From contig KI542675.1 of the NCBI GenBank assembly GCA_000496135.1, positions 612,030 through 676,029 on the forward strand: DNA of 64,000 nucleotides. The letters run 5' to 3'. The notes beneath the pieces were generated by a model. It was not told the origin of the DNA. It saw only the letters and a list, made by a program, of their open reading frames with translations, and ran no database searches. Shown here piece by piece: positions 20,401 through 29,989 of this stretch. Numbering within the stretch: the first letter of the stretch is position 1; every line of letters starts with the position of its first letter. Made by a program: the position numbers and the translations under genes. This DNA comes from Thermoplasmatales archaeon E-plasma. GTDB taxonomy: Archaea; Thermoplasmatota; Thermoplasmata; Thermoplasmatales; Thermoplasmataceae.

Positions 20401-22574
20401 GACCTCTTTACAAGGTCCTCAAAATTATTGGAATTTATCATGGAAGGTATATGTTTAAGATCAATTTTCTGCTCGTATGACAGCATAAAGCCGTCATCGG
20501 TCACAGTTATTCTGGTGTTAATTCCATATTTGACGGATATGGCCATTGCATAAGCTCTTGAAAGTGCGTCATTAACTCTTCTTCCCAGGGGTATGAGGAA
20601 TACGGCACTGTACAAACCATTTTCAAAATTTCCCTCTACCAGAAGAAAATCGTCAGTGGGCAAACCGAATTTCTGCTGGCTCCGAATATATGAAAGAATG
20701 CTTCTGGAACCATTCCTGTCCACTCTATAGTTATCCTCAAGATATTTTCTTGCCGATGCCTCATCATTAAGCATTCCCGTAACATCCTTCCTGAATTTTC
20801 CTATGAGTGTTCCAAGATCATAGCTCCTGGGAAGCATCTCTCCTGTCCATGATGGAATGGTGGGTTTAATTCCGGTCGCGTCCCTTACAATGATCCTGTT
20901 TCCCCTGGCTCTAAGGAAGGAATAGGTCCTGGCGCCAAGGACAAAAATATCTCCGGGTTTCATCCTTTCAACGAATTTATCGCTGAGTTGCCCCAGATTC
21001 CTCCCGGTCTGGTCCACTACCTTATAATCTGCCTCATCTGGAATTGTTCCAATGTTCATGAAATAGATCATTCTTGTACTCTTCTTTTTTCCAAAAACAC
21101 GGGAATCTTCATCAAGCCATATTTTGGAGTATATTGTGCTGTCTGCTACCCTTCCCGAAAGATAGTGGAGGACATCCATGTAATCCTCCATTGTAAGTTC
21201 TCTGTAGGGATATGCTGATCTAATGAGGTCATAAGCCTCGTCTATGCCCCAGGTCTTTTCAAGGCTGATTCCAATAATTGCCTGAGAAAGCACATCCAGG
21301 GCATTCTCCGGCACCTTTACCTTATCTATTTCCTTTTCATAGGCTGCTCTTGTAAGAACAGCACACTCAACCAGATCATCCAGATTGAATACGACAAACC
21401 TGCCCATGCTCAGTTCCCTTATGGAATGCCCTGACCTTCCAATTCTCTGAAGACCTTTGGATACAGATTTCGGACTTCCGATCTGAACTACCAGATCTAT
21501 GCTGCCGATATCTATCCCAAGCTCCAGTGAGGTTGAGGAAATAACACATTTGAGCTCACCGCGTTTGAGTCTCTCCTCAACGTCAAGTCTGGTCTCCTTG
21601 CCAAGAGATGAATGGTGAGCCTCAATATTCTCTATCCCTCTGGCCTTGAGCCGAACAGCAACATGTTCTGTACCGCTTCTTGTATTTGTGAAAATAAGTG
21701 TTGTCTTATGCTCTTCTATGAGCTTTGCAAGAATATCATACATCCTCTCATTTGCAACTTCGGGGTTAGAGAGTGTAAGATCATCAACGGGGGTAATGGT
21801 GGTTAAATCCAGGTCCCGTTTTATGTCCACATCCACTATATTGCATGGACGTGGTTTCCCTTTCTCCATTCCGCAAAGGAAATTGGCTATTACATCCAGA
21901 GGTGCCTGTGTAGCGGACAATCCTATCCTGACAAGGTTTGGTGATAGAAGCTGGAGTCTCTCAAGATTCAATGTGAGAAGCGTTCCTCTTTTTGAGGAAG
22001 AAACCTCATGAATCTCGTCTATAATTACATATTTGACTGTTGAAAATTTCTCCCGGAACTTTGGGGCAGACAGAGAAAGAGAAAGAGATTCCGGTGTTGT
22101 GATCAATATTTGGGGTGGTTTTCTAAGCATTTTTTGTCTATCGTTCTGGGTAGTATCACCTGATCTAACGCCAACTCTTATTTTTGAGAGTGAAACACCA
22201 TCCTTTTCAGCCATCTCATATATTTCCTGAAGTGGCTGTTTCAGATTTCTGTCAATATCATTAGCCAGAGCCTTCAAAGGGCTCACGTACAGGCAATAGA
22301 TATTATCCTGCAACTGCCCTGATCTGGCAAGACCAAACAGTTCGTTTATGATTGCCAGAAATCCTGTCAGCGTTTTTCCAGTACCTGTAGGACTGGATAC
22401 AAGAACATTTTCCTTCGCGTGAATCAGGGGAATGACCCTCCTCTGAGGCTCAGTTAGATCTGAATATTTAGAATTGAACCACTGAGCAATAATTGGATCA
22501 AGGAAAGGAAGAATCCTCTCTACTCCTGCAGAATCTAAATCATTTTCTATCGTTTTAATCTTATAAGAAGACAA
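17430..22574 (-). CDS. lhr: Lhr-type large superfamily-2 DEXH helicase with about 800-aa C-terminal extension
   Basis: 1714 aa; motif I SPTGTGKT, motif II DEIH, motif VI QRIGRSGH, then a DEAD-associated region; long C-terminal part with no motif I recognise. Confidence 0.85.
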   Translation of the reverse strand: MSSYKIKTIENDLDSAGVERILPFLDPIIAQWFNSKYSDLTEPQRRVIPLIHAKENVLVSSPTGTGKTLTGFLAIINELFGLARSGQLQDNIYCLYVSPLKALANDIDRNLKQPLQEIYEMAEKDGVSLSKIRVGVRSGDTTQNDRQKMLRKPPQILITTPESLSLSLSAPKFREKFSTVKYVIIDEIHEVSSSKRGTLLTLNLERLQLLSPNLVRIGLSATQAPLDVIANFLCGMEKGKPRPCNIVDVDIKRDLDLTTITPVDDLTLSNPEVANERMYDILAKLIEEHKTTLIFTNTRSGTEHVAVRLKARGIENIEAHHSSLGKETRLDVEERLKRGELKCVISSTSLELGIDIGSIDLVVQIGSPKSVSKGLQRIGRSGHSIRELSMGRFVVFNLDDLVECAVLTRAAYEKEIDKVKVPENALDVLSQAIIGISLEKTWGIDEAYDLIRSAYPYRELTMEDYMDVLHYLSGRVADSTIYSKIWLDEDSRVFGKKKSTRMIYFMNIGTIPDEADYKVVDQTGRNLGQLSDKFVERMKPGDIFVLGARTYSFLRARGNRIIVRDATGIKPTIPSWTGEMLPRSYDLGTLIGKFRKDVTGMLNDEASARKYLEDNYRVDRNGSRSILSYIRSQQKFGLPTDDFLLVEGNFENGLYSAVFLIPLGRRVNDALSRAYAMAISVKYGINTRITVTDDGFMLSYEQKIDLKHIPSMINSNNFEDLVKRSVSNTEVFKQRFRHCASRSMMVLRRYKGHEISVVRQQLRSEKVLRALQDIPGFPVITETFREIMNDMMDVPLAKKYVSDVIEKSRYRINDYSSESSPFSLSLILAGVSDIVMMEDRARLLRELQSRIVDKIYSNERKDFIIKDPRLVENYFASKVPKISSYEDFLKFINYFPYFDILRNRFNSPYPYGNPDSLKYSEDALNENRIVSIHIRSTFWTTPEKFHLFEELFSSRRPSNPEEDDIFDLCNNTTFKEIKDQSGLPEDRVRGILLNLESSYRIQKKLKNGGQVYAKRAQIAKGSYTIRDLLKEFVGTMGPMTYDEISVKLPFDQSLLRSELDALVNEGIFLRDYITPVFAEQYISKEDMASLLNFTEKNPEKNRIANLSAPVDNLEQYMKNYGFFIDSSWVRARARSFNENQIQSMLESGNIIFGRYFRHRQTYITPEFASVLRVLRRRTLTETEVKILEFLKYGKASVSGIASALGEDISIIKENMRSLEFLIEVGNSDGLYFALSHGEEPTRKKAIDKIVSMFGPVSMRELSQFFWIELTHEDFNGIKSLYYGGSIYYGEETPQPRRDIIVGANDLITIYTGKQYVEDSGINGLFYADGSLSASMTMQITRTALWIESLVIEDAGSASEFLVSLIDFGNRSNVDDIIILDYPENLRDQFARNGFSFSGKTAILGKGQFIDMISSDLIDVALRNYSSYREVNGSVLERINNRRLGFRDPIEAHYHGVKENDLESYYVSNLIFNFNGPFSVMAKATPETISIYRTIRKAPIDPAIQKILKVIMEDPADEKEISLLTGVEISHVKASVKELLSKCIVARDHDGNLRFILERYEKEESVRIIILEVLKALGYISTAIYEDVTHDPDLNIYNVEIQQMLASGKLKKVFMKDNREPYYFLDSPGEGKTNGSERIRIISQKDFLYLCFRDYIKANLGGTKTFLIEKNMHLSGSVVFRKVGRKYEIKSVIGNDIKKDELKRELSILGYSTEF

Positions 22575-22726
22575 GAATCGTATAAATACGTTATTAATGA
22601 GAAAAAGTCACAAATCTTATCCTGATGAAACAAAAATATGTGAAAAACCCGCCGGTAGATGCAGGATAATTATATAACCTCACAGTTCAGGTGCACTCTA
22701 TATAAGAAATCAGTTCATGAATTAAT

Positions 22727-23926
22727 ATGCATATTCATATGGATGATCCTCTCAAAACGTGGGTTCCTTCATTAATATTCATTGAACTCACGAAATCCTG
22801 TGAATATACCTGCAGGCATTGCCGGGCATCTGCTCAGACAGAACCTCTGCCCGATGAGCTTGATTTTCAGGGAGTCAGGAAAGAACTGGATTCAATCAGT
22901 GAACTGGGACCGCAAAAGCCACTGGTAATATTTACGGGTGGAAATCCGCTTAGAAGAAAAGATCTATTTCAGATTTTGGAATATGCAAGGCAAAGGGGAA
23001 TTAATTTTTCAATAAGTCCACCTGGATCAGAACTGATAACCGATAATGCCATTAATAATCTGAAAGAAATGGGTTGCAGATCAATCTCAATTAGTCTGGA
23101 TGGTGCAGGACCCAAATTTCATGAATGGCTTAGAAACATGGAAGGTTCATTTGATCTTGCACTTAATTCGATTCAGACGATCAGGGACAACGATATGAGA
23201 GTTCAGATAAATACAACGGTGATGAAGGAAAACATTTCAGAACTGCCGGGAATAGCTGCATTATTGCTCAATAAAAACATATCAACATGGGAACTCTTCT
23301 TTCTTATAAACACAGGCAGAGGCAAGGAACTTGAACCGGTAAACTCAAAGGAGGCCTTAGCCATATCGCTGTGGGTTCTGTGGCTTAAGAGATACGGGTT
23401 GGATATAAGAATGGTGGAACTGCCTCAGCATAGGGTAGTACAGTCAAAGTTTCATGACATGGAATCTCTGGATGCATACATAGGACAGTCAATAAGTGAA
23501 TCCACCATGGACGAATCATTATTTCTTTTTAAGAAACTGGTTAGTGAGTTCGAAGTGAAGATAAAAGGTACCTTACATGAAGAGGCAATTAAATCCAATC
23601 ATTCAAATGATCATGGAAGGTTCTCCGGTATTCTATTTATTGGATATAATGGAGAAGTCTATCCTTCAGGTTTTTTGCCTGTTTCAGTAGGAAATACCGC
23701 TGAAAAAAACCTGAGAGAAATAATTGACGATTCCGAACTGTTGCTGAAATTAAGAGATCGGACAGAAATGAAGGGTATATGTAAAAAATGCACTGAACGC
23801 GTCTATTGCGTTGGATCAAGAGCGAGAGCTTATGCTTTGTCTGGTGATCTATTTGAAGAAGACTCAATCTGCTTTATCAGTACCATGAAAGAAAAGTCAC
23901 GCATGGGGGATGATTTAAATGCCTAA
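22727..23926 (+). CDS. radical SAM enzyme with partial SPASM/Twitch-like C-terminal domain
   Basis: CEYTCRHC (Cx3Cx2C) cluster motif and TGGNPL; C-terminal CKKCTERVYC...SICF with several canonical SPASM cysteines replaced. Confidence 0.8.
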   Translation: MHIHMDDPLKTWVPSLIFIELTKSCEYTCRHCRASAQTEPLPDELDFQGVRKELDSISELGPQKPLVIFTGGNPLRRKDLFQILEYARQRGINFSISPPGSELITDNAINNLKEMGCRSISISLDGAGPKFHEWLRNMEGSFDLALNSIQTIRDNDMRVQINTTVMKENISELPGIAALLLNKNISTWELFFLINTGRGKELEPVNSKEALAISLWVLWLKRYGLDIRMVELPQHRVVQSKFHDMESLDAYIGQSISESTMDESLFLFKKLVSEFEVKIKGTLHEEAIKSNHSNDHGRFSGILFIGYNGEVYPSGFLPVSVGNTAEKNLREIIDDSELLLKLRDRTEMKGICKKCTERVYCVGSRARAYALSGDLFEEDSICFISTMKEKSRMGDDLNA

Positions 23927-24053
23927 GATCGGATGTTCAATAGAAATCCCCGTTGATGAAGAACCGCCTAAGGTGAACAGGATTCGTCATAAATTCGTTG
24001 CTTTGATAGCTGTTTTCTCGGTTGTGACAATTTTTTTCAAGTTGATGAAATAA
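23919..24053 (+). CDS. 44-aa tail-anchored small ORF overlapping the radical SAM stop
   Basis: ATGCCTAA overlap; MPKIGCSIEIPVDEEPPKVNRIRHKFVALIAVFSVVTIFFKLMK; coding status unproven. Confidence 0.25.
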   Translation: MPKIGCSIEIPVDEEPPKVNRIRHKFVALIAVFSVVTIFFKLMK

Positions 24054-24155
24054 TATTGTTACATTCAACTGATATGGTACGGAAAAGAGGAACTTAAGCC
24101 TCTAAAACTAGTGAAATAAAGAAAAATGCAGTGATTAAAATAAAAAATATAAAGT

Positions 24156-25460
24156 TCAGTGAGAACTGATCTCAGACGAAATTTTACCTGAGATTCTGAA
24201 CTGTTCTGCTTCAGTAGATCCGTCAAGTGCTGTAGTTGAAGAAAGGTTTCCGGAAACTACCCTGGACACATTGTCAAAATATCCTGTTCCCACGAATGCC
24301 TGATGCTTCACGGCATTATAGCCTGCTTCCTGATCCATTATCTCATTCTCCTGAAGTTCGGAATATGCAGTCATTCCATTCTGATTGTATTCGTGTGCCA
24401 GTTTGAACATTGAATAATTAACAGAATGGAAGCCGGCCAGTGTAATGAACTGGAATTTATATCCCAAATCTGCCAGCTCTTCCTGGAACATTGAAATTTC
24501 CCTTGAACTCAACTTCTGTTTCCAGTTGAAAGAAGGAGAGCAGTTGTAAGCCAGTTTCTTTTCAGGATATATTCTATGTATGGCACTGGAAAAAGCCTTT
24601 GCTTCGTCAATGTCGGGACTGGCCGTTTCAAACCACAGAAGATCGCTGTAAGGTGCAAACTCCAGACCTCTTTGAATGGCAGCCTCTATTCCACCATCAT
24701 ATCTGAAGAACCCTTCCGGTGTTCTTTCGCTGGTTATGAATTCACTGTCTGGGGAAGGCACATCATTGGTTATGAGAGTTGCATTGAGAGCATCGGTTCT
24801 TGCTATAATAACCGTATCAACGTTGAGAATGTCCGCTGCCAGTCTTGCGGAAATCAAATTTCGTATTGCACTTGGAATATTTATGAGTACTTTACCTCCA
24901 AGATGTCCGCATTTCTTCTCAGATGAAAGTTGATCTTCATAGTGGATGCCTGCAGCCCCGGACTCAATCATCCATTTTGTCATTTCAAATACGTTCAGGG
25001 GACCTCCAAAACCTGCTTCACCATCTGCTATTATGGGTACAAACGATGAATGCATGTTTCCATTCATCCTCCTAATCTGGTCTTCTCTCTGAAATGCATT
25101 GTTTATCCTCCTTACAAGCTGAGGAACGCTGTTGCTGGGGTATATGCTCTGATCAGGGTATGTTTCTCCTGCAAGATTGGCATCTGCAGCAACCTGCCAC
25201 CCGCTGACATATATAGCTTTCAGACCGGCATTTACCATTTGCACTGCCTGTGTGCCGGTCATTGCTCCAAGTGATCGTATGAACTTCTCATTCTCAAGGG
25301 AATTCCATAATTTCTCTGACATTGTTTCTGCAATGGTATGTTTAATCTTCAAATGGCCGCTCAACTTTAACACATCTTCCGGGCTGTAAGGTCTCTTTAC
25401 TCCAGCAAATCTCTTTGATTCAAGTCTTTTCCTTATAGATTCAATTTCGTTCGAAGTCAC
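24156..25460 (-). CDS. aceA: isocitrate lyase
   Basis: 434 aa; catalytic signature KKCGHLGGK; GTG start overlaps the aceB stop (GTGA). Confidence 0.9.
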   Translation of the reverse strand: MTSNEIESIRKRLESKRFAGVKRPYSPEDVLKLSGHLKIKHTIAETMSEKLWNSLENEKFIRSLGAMTGTQAVQMVNAGLKAIYVSGWQVAADANLAGETYPDQSIYPSNSVPQLVRRINNAFQREDQIRRMNGNMHSSFVPIIADGEAGFGGPLNVFEMTKWMIESGAAGIHYEDQLSSEKKCGHLGGKVLINIPSAIRNLISARLAADILNVDTVIIARTDALNATLITNDVPSPDSEFITSERTPEGFFRYDGGIEAAIQRGLEFAPYSDLLWFETASPDIDEAKAFSSAIHRIYPEKKLAYNCSPSFNWKQKLSSREISMFQEELADLGYKFQFITLAGFHSVNYSMFKLAHEYNQNGMTAYSELQENEIMDQEAGYNAVKHQAFVGTGYFDNVSRVVSGNLSSTTALDGSTEAEQFRISGKISSEISSH

Positions 25461-27049
25461 TGAATCACCTCATTGTCCATAAGGAAATCATATGCTGCCA
25501 GAGTCATGAATTCAGTGAATTCTGTTTTGAATGAGATGTCTCTGAATATCTCTGAAGCCTGAGTAAGATAGGTTGATTCAGGAAGCTTTTGAACCTCATC
25601 TTTCAACAGGCTGCTAACCAGATTAGTATTAACAGTTCTGCCATCATTTAATTTCGCATTGTGATGGATCCATTGCCAGAGTTGCGACCTGGATATTTCC
25701 GCTGTTGCTGCATCCTCCATTAAATGGTTGATAGGAGCTGCCCCTTTTCCAGAAAGCCATGACTGCAAATATTGAATTCCAACTGAAATGTTTGTTCTAA
25801 GACCGTTTTCTGTGATCTCTCCGGAAATAGGATTTAGAAGATCAGTCTCAGTTATAATTTCCAATTGAGCCACTCTATGAATTTGATTGGGTGATTTCAT
25901 ATGTTTGTTGAAAACATCCATTGCTACAGGTACCAGACCTGGGTGTGCAACCCATGTTCCGTCATGGCCCAGCCCAACCTCTCTTTCCTTATCTTCCCTC
26001 ACCTTATTCATGGCAGCTTGATTTTCAATTTCATTTCCCTTAACGGGAATGAATGCTGACATTCCTCCCATTGCATGGGCTCCCCGCCTGTGGCATGTCT
26101 TAATGAGAAGTTTTGAATAATTCAAAAGAAATCCCCTGTCCATACTCACGCTGTTTCTGTCAGGCAGGACAAATTCCTTGAAATTTCTCAGTTTTTTGAT
26201 GTAGCTGAATATATAATCCCATCTTCCGCAATTAAGACCCGCGGAGTGTTCCCTCACTTCATAAAGTATCTCATCCATGTTAAAGGCAGCGGGTAAAGTT
26301 TCTATGAGAAAGGTTGCCTTTATGCTTCCCCTCTTAATTTTAAGATAATCCTCTGCAAATGAAAAAATGTCATTCCACAATCTTGCTTCAAGATAGCTTT
26401 CAGTCTTTGGAATGTAAAAACATGGTAATTTACCACTGTCCACAATGAATTTTCCGTTATTGAATATGAATACACCAAAATCGAAAAATGCTCCAGGTAT
26501 TGGGGTGCCATCCAGGAGAACATTTTTTTCCGGAAGATGCAAACCCCTTGGTCTAACAAATAGATTTGCAGGATTTTTGCCGATTGAATATTTCTTACCA
26601 TCCTCGTTTGTATATTCTAATATACCTCTAACGGCTTCGAAGAGATTCTTCTGGCCACTGATCAAACCTTTCCATGTTGGTGATTGAGCATCCTCAAAAT
26701 CAGACATATAAACCCGTGCGCCTGAGTTGAAAGCGTTTATGACCATTTTCACATCTCCAGACGGTCCTGTAATCTCAACACGTCTGTCCTGAAGGTATTC
26801 AGGAAGCCTGGCAATATTCCATGAAGATTCCCTTATTTCTCTTGTCTCCTCGGGAAATGAAAGTTCCGGTTTCATCAGAAGTTTATCCTGTAAAACTTTT
26901 CTTCTGGAAAGCAAATCATCCCTTGTACCTTTGAATTTACTTACAAGGTCTTCCAGAAACTTCATGCACTCTTCATCTAATAGAAATGCATTTTCCGGGT
27001 CCAGTGGCCTGACAATTTCTAAACGATTTTGCATGTATGCTTCAGACAT
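25457..27049 (-). CDS. aceB: malate synthase A
   Basis: 530 aa; SDFEDAQSPTW and RPRGLHL blocks of malate synthase A. Confidence 0.9.
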   Translation of the reverse strand: MSEAYMQNRLEIVRPLDPENAFLLDEECMKFLEDLVSKFKGTRDDLLSRRKVLQDKLLMKPELSFPEETREIRESSWNIARLPEYLQDRRVEITGPSGDVKMVINAFNSGARVYMSDFEDAQSPTWKGLISGQKNLFEAVRGILEYTNEDGKKYSIGKNPANLFVRPRGLHLPEKNVLLDGTPIPGAFFDFGVFIFNNGKFIVDSGKLPCFYIPKTESYLEARLWNDIFSFAEDYLKIKRGSIKATFLIETLPAAFNMDEILYEVREHSAGLNCGRWDYIFSYIKKLRNFKEFVLPDRNSVSMDRGFLLNYSKLLIKTCHRRGAHAMGGMSAFIPVKGNEIENQAAMNKVREDKEREVGLGHDGTWVAHPGLVPVAMDVFNKHMKSPNQIHRVAQLEIITETDLLNPISGEITENGLRTNISVGIQYLQSWLSGKGAAPINHLMEDAATAEISRSQLWQWIHHNAKLNDGRTVNTNLVSSLLKDEVQKLPESTYLTQASEIFRDISFKTEFTEFMTLAAYDFLMDNEVIQ

Positions 27050-27164
27050 TTTTTACCAATTTGAAAACTTATTGTACATATTTATAGTTATTCATACATT
27101 CGTAGAATATAGTAAATGTAAACAAAATATTTTATACATACATTACATATATTTTTGATCCACA

Positions 27165-28160
27165 GTGAGAGAAATTAGAAAATTGCAGGAAACGGTAGGA
27201 GGTACCTATATACTAACCATTCCAAAAGAGTGGGCAGAGGCAATGCAAATATCCAAGGGATCCATGGTAAATATGGATATTGACAACGGTTCAATAATAA
27301 TCTCAAACAGTGAACTTAAAAGGGAAACTGAAGCGCATTCAATTGATATTTCCCAGGTTAAGGATAAAAAAGCTCTCGAACTTAGCATTATTTCATCATA
27401 TATCCTTGGGCATGATATTACTGAATTATACAGTTCAGAAAGTAAGAGTAATGAATGGAAGGATTGGGTTAAGGAGGCTCTGAAAGGATTGATTGGAATA
27501 GAAATATCTGAAGAATATGCTGATAGAATCCTTTTACAAAATCTCATTGATCCATACAAATTCAATTTTCTCAATTCAATGGAAAAATTTCTAAGGAATT
27601 CAATGGCGGTTCTTTCCGATTCCATAATATCACTTCAAAAGACGGGTTCTTTTCTCTCCAACGATGCATATAACAGAGGTAAAGAACTGATCAGAACTTA
27701 TCGCCTTCTATTCCGGCTAATAATCCTTGCAGGAAAGGATAAAAGCTTATGCACTAACTTTGGTCTCCAAAACCTTACAGATACCACTCTGTATACTGTT
27801 GCCATCAGGGAAATGGGAAGGATATCCTATTATGCAATGAGAACTGCACAGCACTCTTCTGAATTTCAAAACGAGCTAAGCCCCGATATTGTGAGTGATC
27901 TTCTTCAAATGGAGGAACTTACATCCAGTATGGTATTAAACGCCTTTAATTCACTCATTACAAAAGACATCTCAAAAACATCATGGGTTATGGATTCAAT
28001 GATTCACATCAGGCAGATGTATGAAAAAATAATGGAAAGCAAATCTTTGCTTAATATGGAAGGCAGGCTTACAATCTCTTTGATCGTAAGGGATTTAAGG
28101 GCAATCGCAGGGTATGCAGTAGCACTGGCTGATGATTCAATATTGGGTTCATATGTTTAA
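27165..28160 (+). CDS. AbrB/SpoVT-domain plus PhoU-domain regulator
   Basis: 331 aa, GTG start; N-terminal GGTYILTIPKEWAEAM swapped-hairpin motif followed by PhoU-like helical repeats. Confidence 0.7.
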   Translation: MREIRKLQETVGGTYILTIPKEWAEAMQISKGSMVNMDIDNGSIIISNSELKRETEAHSIDISQVKDKKALELSIISSYILGHDITELYSSESKSNEWKDWVKEALKGLIGIEISEEYADRILLQNLIDPYKFNFLNSMEKFLRNSMAVLSDSIISLQKTGSFLSNDAYNRGKELIRTYRLLFRLIILAGKDKSLCTNFGLQNLTDTTLYTVAIREMGRISYYAMRTAQHSSEFQNELSPDIVSDLLQMEELTSSMVLNAFNSLITKDISKTSWVMDSMIHIRQMYEKIMESKSLLNMEGRLTISLIVRDLRAIAGYAVALADDSILGSYV

Positions 28161-28628
28161 TACAAGAAAAACGGACCATCGTCAAAATTAGGATGAAATT
28201 AAAGTGATAAAAGTTTAATACTAATTTTATAAATTAGGCTATAAATTAAAATGAATGAAGGGACCATACTGACCTGCACTATCTAAATGATCTTAAATAA
28301 TTAAATCCTATAGGAAAAAAACGGTTTACAAATCATTTAAAGGAAGCTGTATAACTACTAACACATATGCACGGTCAGGTTGAAAACGAAGCACAGCGTT
28401 AAAAATAATTGGAAGTATAAGGGTTAAAAAATGGAGACAATAAGTATTGAAAAAAGGACAAATGGGAAGGCACGGAAAATAAATCTGACAAAACTGAACC
28501 CGGGAAAGAGATTATTGAAGTCATTTGAGAAGAAGATCAATCAAGGAGCGAATATACATTATGAAGGAATATCTTAAAATTTTTCACAGAAGAGGAAATA
28601 CAAAATTACAGCCATTTACAAACAGGTT

Positions 28629-29852
28629 TTGAAATTGTGGGGGATTTTCAAAAAGATTACAACAGATGAACGGACAGAGAAATTAAATTCGTCCATAAAT
28701 GCATTGGCATTTGCAGGCTTTATAAGAGGATTCAGTCGATTTCCGCTATTTCTACTTCTCACCCTTTTTTTCTCACAAAGAGAACTGCTCAGCTACTTTG
28801 ATATCGGGCTTATTTTCACGGGATATGGATTCCTTTCAATACCGGTGGGAGTGTACGGAGGTATTCTCATAGATAAGATGGGAAGAAGAAGACTTATGCT
28901 TATTACAGTTTTCATTATTTTAATTTCCTTCACTTCCATGTTATTTTTAGTTTTTTTCAATGATTCGGTCATATTTATTATCATTTCATTCTATGGAACA
29001 GGATTAGCCATCTCTATGCAGAGGATCCTGAATGGTGCTATTACCTCAGACGTATCTAATGAAAAACAACGAATTGCAGCTTTTGGTAGGCAGCGCATGT
29101 TGGCCAATGCTGGAATTGGAATTGGAATGATATTCGCGGGAATTGCATACTCTTACAACATCTTAATTTTCTTTACAATCCCAGTTTTAGGAGCTTTTGT
29201 TGAATTCCTCGTATATTTAAAATACGTTCCAGAATCAGCAAATTTAGGAATAAACAGGATACGCGAAACAACTAAAATGTCAAAAAATAGAAATTTACTT
29301 AAAGTTTCCATTGTACTGGCCTTCTCAGGTTTGGTCTCGCTGATGTTTTTAACTCCTATTTTTCCAATTTATTTCAGTGATTATGACCTTTTGACACCTG
29401 TTGAAATATCAATTTTATTTGCCTTAAATACAGTAATTGTTGTTTTGTTTCAAGTACCGGTTAATAAATTAGCTCATAAAATAGGTGAGATCAAAGTTAT
29501 TTTTGTAGGACTTTTACTTTATGCCATATCTTACCTGTTATTTAGCGTAGTCACAAATTTCTATATGATAGGGATATTAGTTTCGATTTTAAGCATAGGT
29601 GAGGACATGATTCTACCAATGGCGTCATCTATTATCTCCAAGATGTCCAACATCGAGAATAGAGGTAGATATTTTGGAACCTATTCTATGGTAAGCGGAT
29701 TTGTACTTCCATTTGGGTCCCTAATTGGAACATCACTCCTTCAATTGTTCCAAAATTTTCCTATTATAATTTGGATCACATTTATGATATTGGGATTGGT
29801 TACTTCAATGGCGATTTTATCAATTAAAATTGAGAAAAAATTAACGATATGA
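28629..29852 (+). CDS. MFS transporter
   Basis: 407 aa, about 12 TM; DKMGRRR loop motif between TM2 and TM3; TTG start uncertain. Confidence 0.75.
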   Translation: MKLWGIFKKITTDERTEKLNSSINALAFAGFIRGFSRFPLFLLLTLFFSQRELLSYFDIGLIFTGYGFLSIPVGVYGGILIDKMGRRRLMLITVFIILISFTSMLFLVFFNDSVIFIIISFYGTGLAISMQRILNGAITSDVSNEKQRIAAFGRQRMLANAGIGIGMIFAGIAYSYNILIFFTIPVLGAFVEFLVYLKYVPESANLGINRIRETTKMSKNRNLLKVSIVLAFSGLVSLMFLTPIFPIYFSDYDLLTPVEISILFALNTVIVVLFQVPVNKLAHKIGEIKVIFVGLLLYAISYLLFSVVTNFYMIGILVSILSIGEDMILPMASSIISKMSNIENRGRYFGTYSMVSGFVLPFGSLIGTSLLQLFQNFPIIIWITFMILGLVTSMAILSIKIEKKLTI

Positions 29853-29989
29853 ATTTAATCAAACGGGAGCTCCCTACATTAGCTGGGTGAAGACGTCCCT
29901 TTGATAAACCTAAGAATTCAATGCGTAAAAGTTTATCTAAACCCACAACAAAAAACAAACTTTATTTTAAAGATTATTCTTAATGAATT

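Noticed and set aside
21646-22011. 121-aa ORF, along with other antisense ORFs inside long genes (for example 1401-1853, 5842-6327, 27206-27625, 38905-39264, 39280-39591, 24576-24926)
   Set aside because: Each is fully embedded antisense in a gene with strong motif support. Long shadow ORFs of this kind are common opposite genuine genes, so these are treated as artefacts.
17430-22574. Intein as an explanation for the 1714-aa helicase length
   Set aside because: I found no Cys/Ser-initiated block with a terminal His-Asn plus nucleophile, and no LAGLIDADG-type motifs. The extra length is entirely C-terminal to the helicase core.
28431-28574. 47-aa basic ORF (METISIEKRTNGKARKINLTKLNPGKR...) in the 468-nt gap upstream of the MFS gene
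   Set aside because: It has no motif, no clear promoter or RBS context, and low-complexity Lys/Asn composition typical of AT-rich intergenic DNA.
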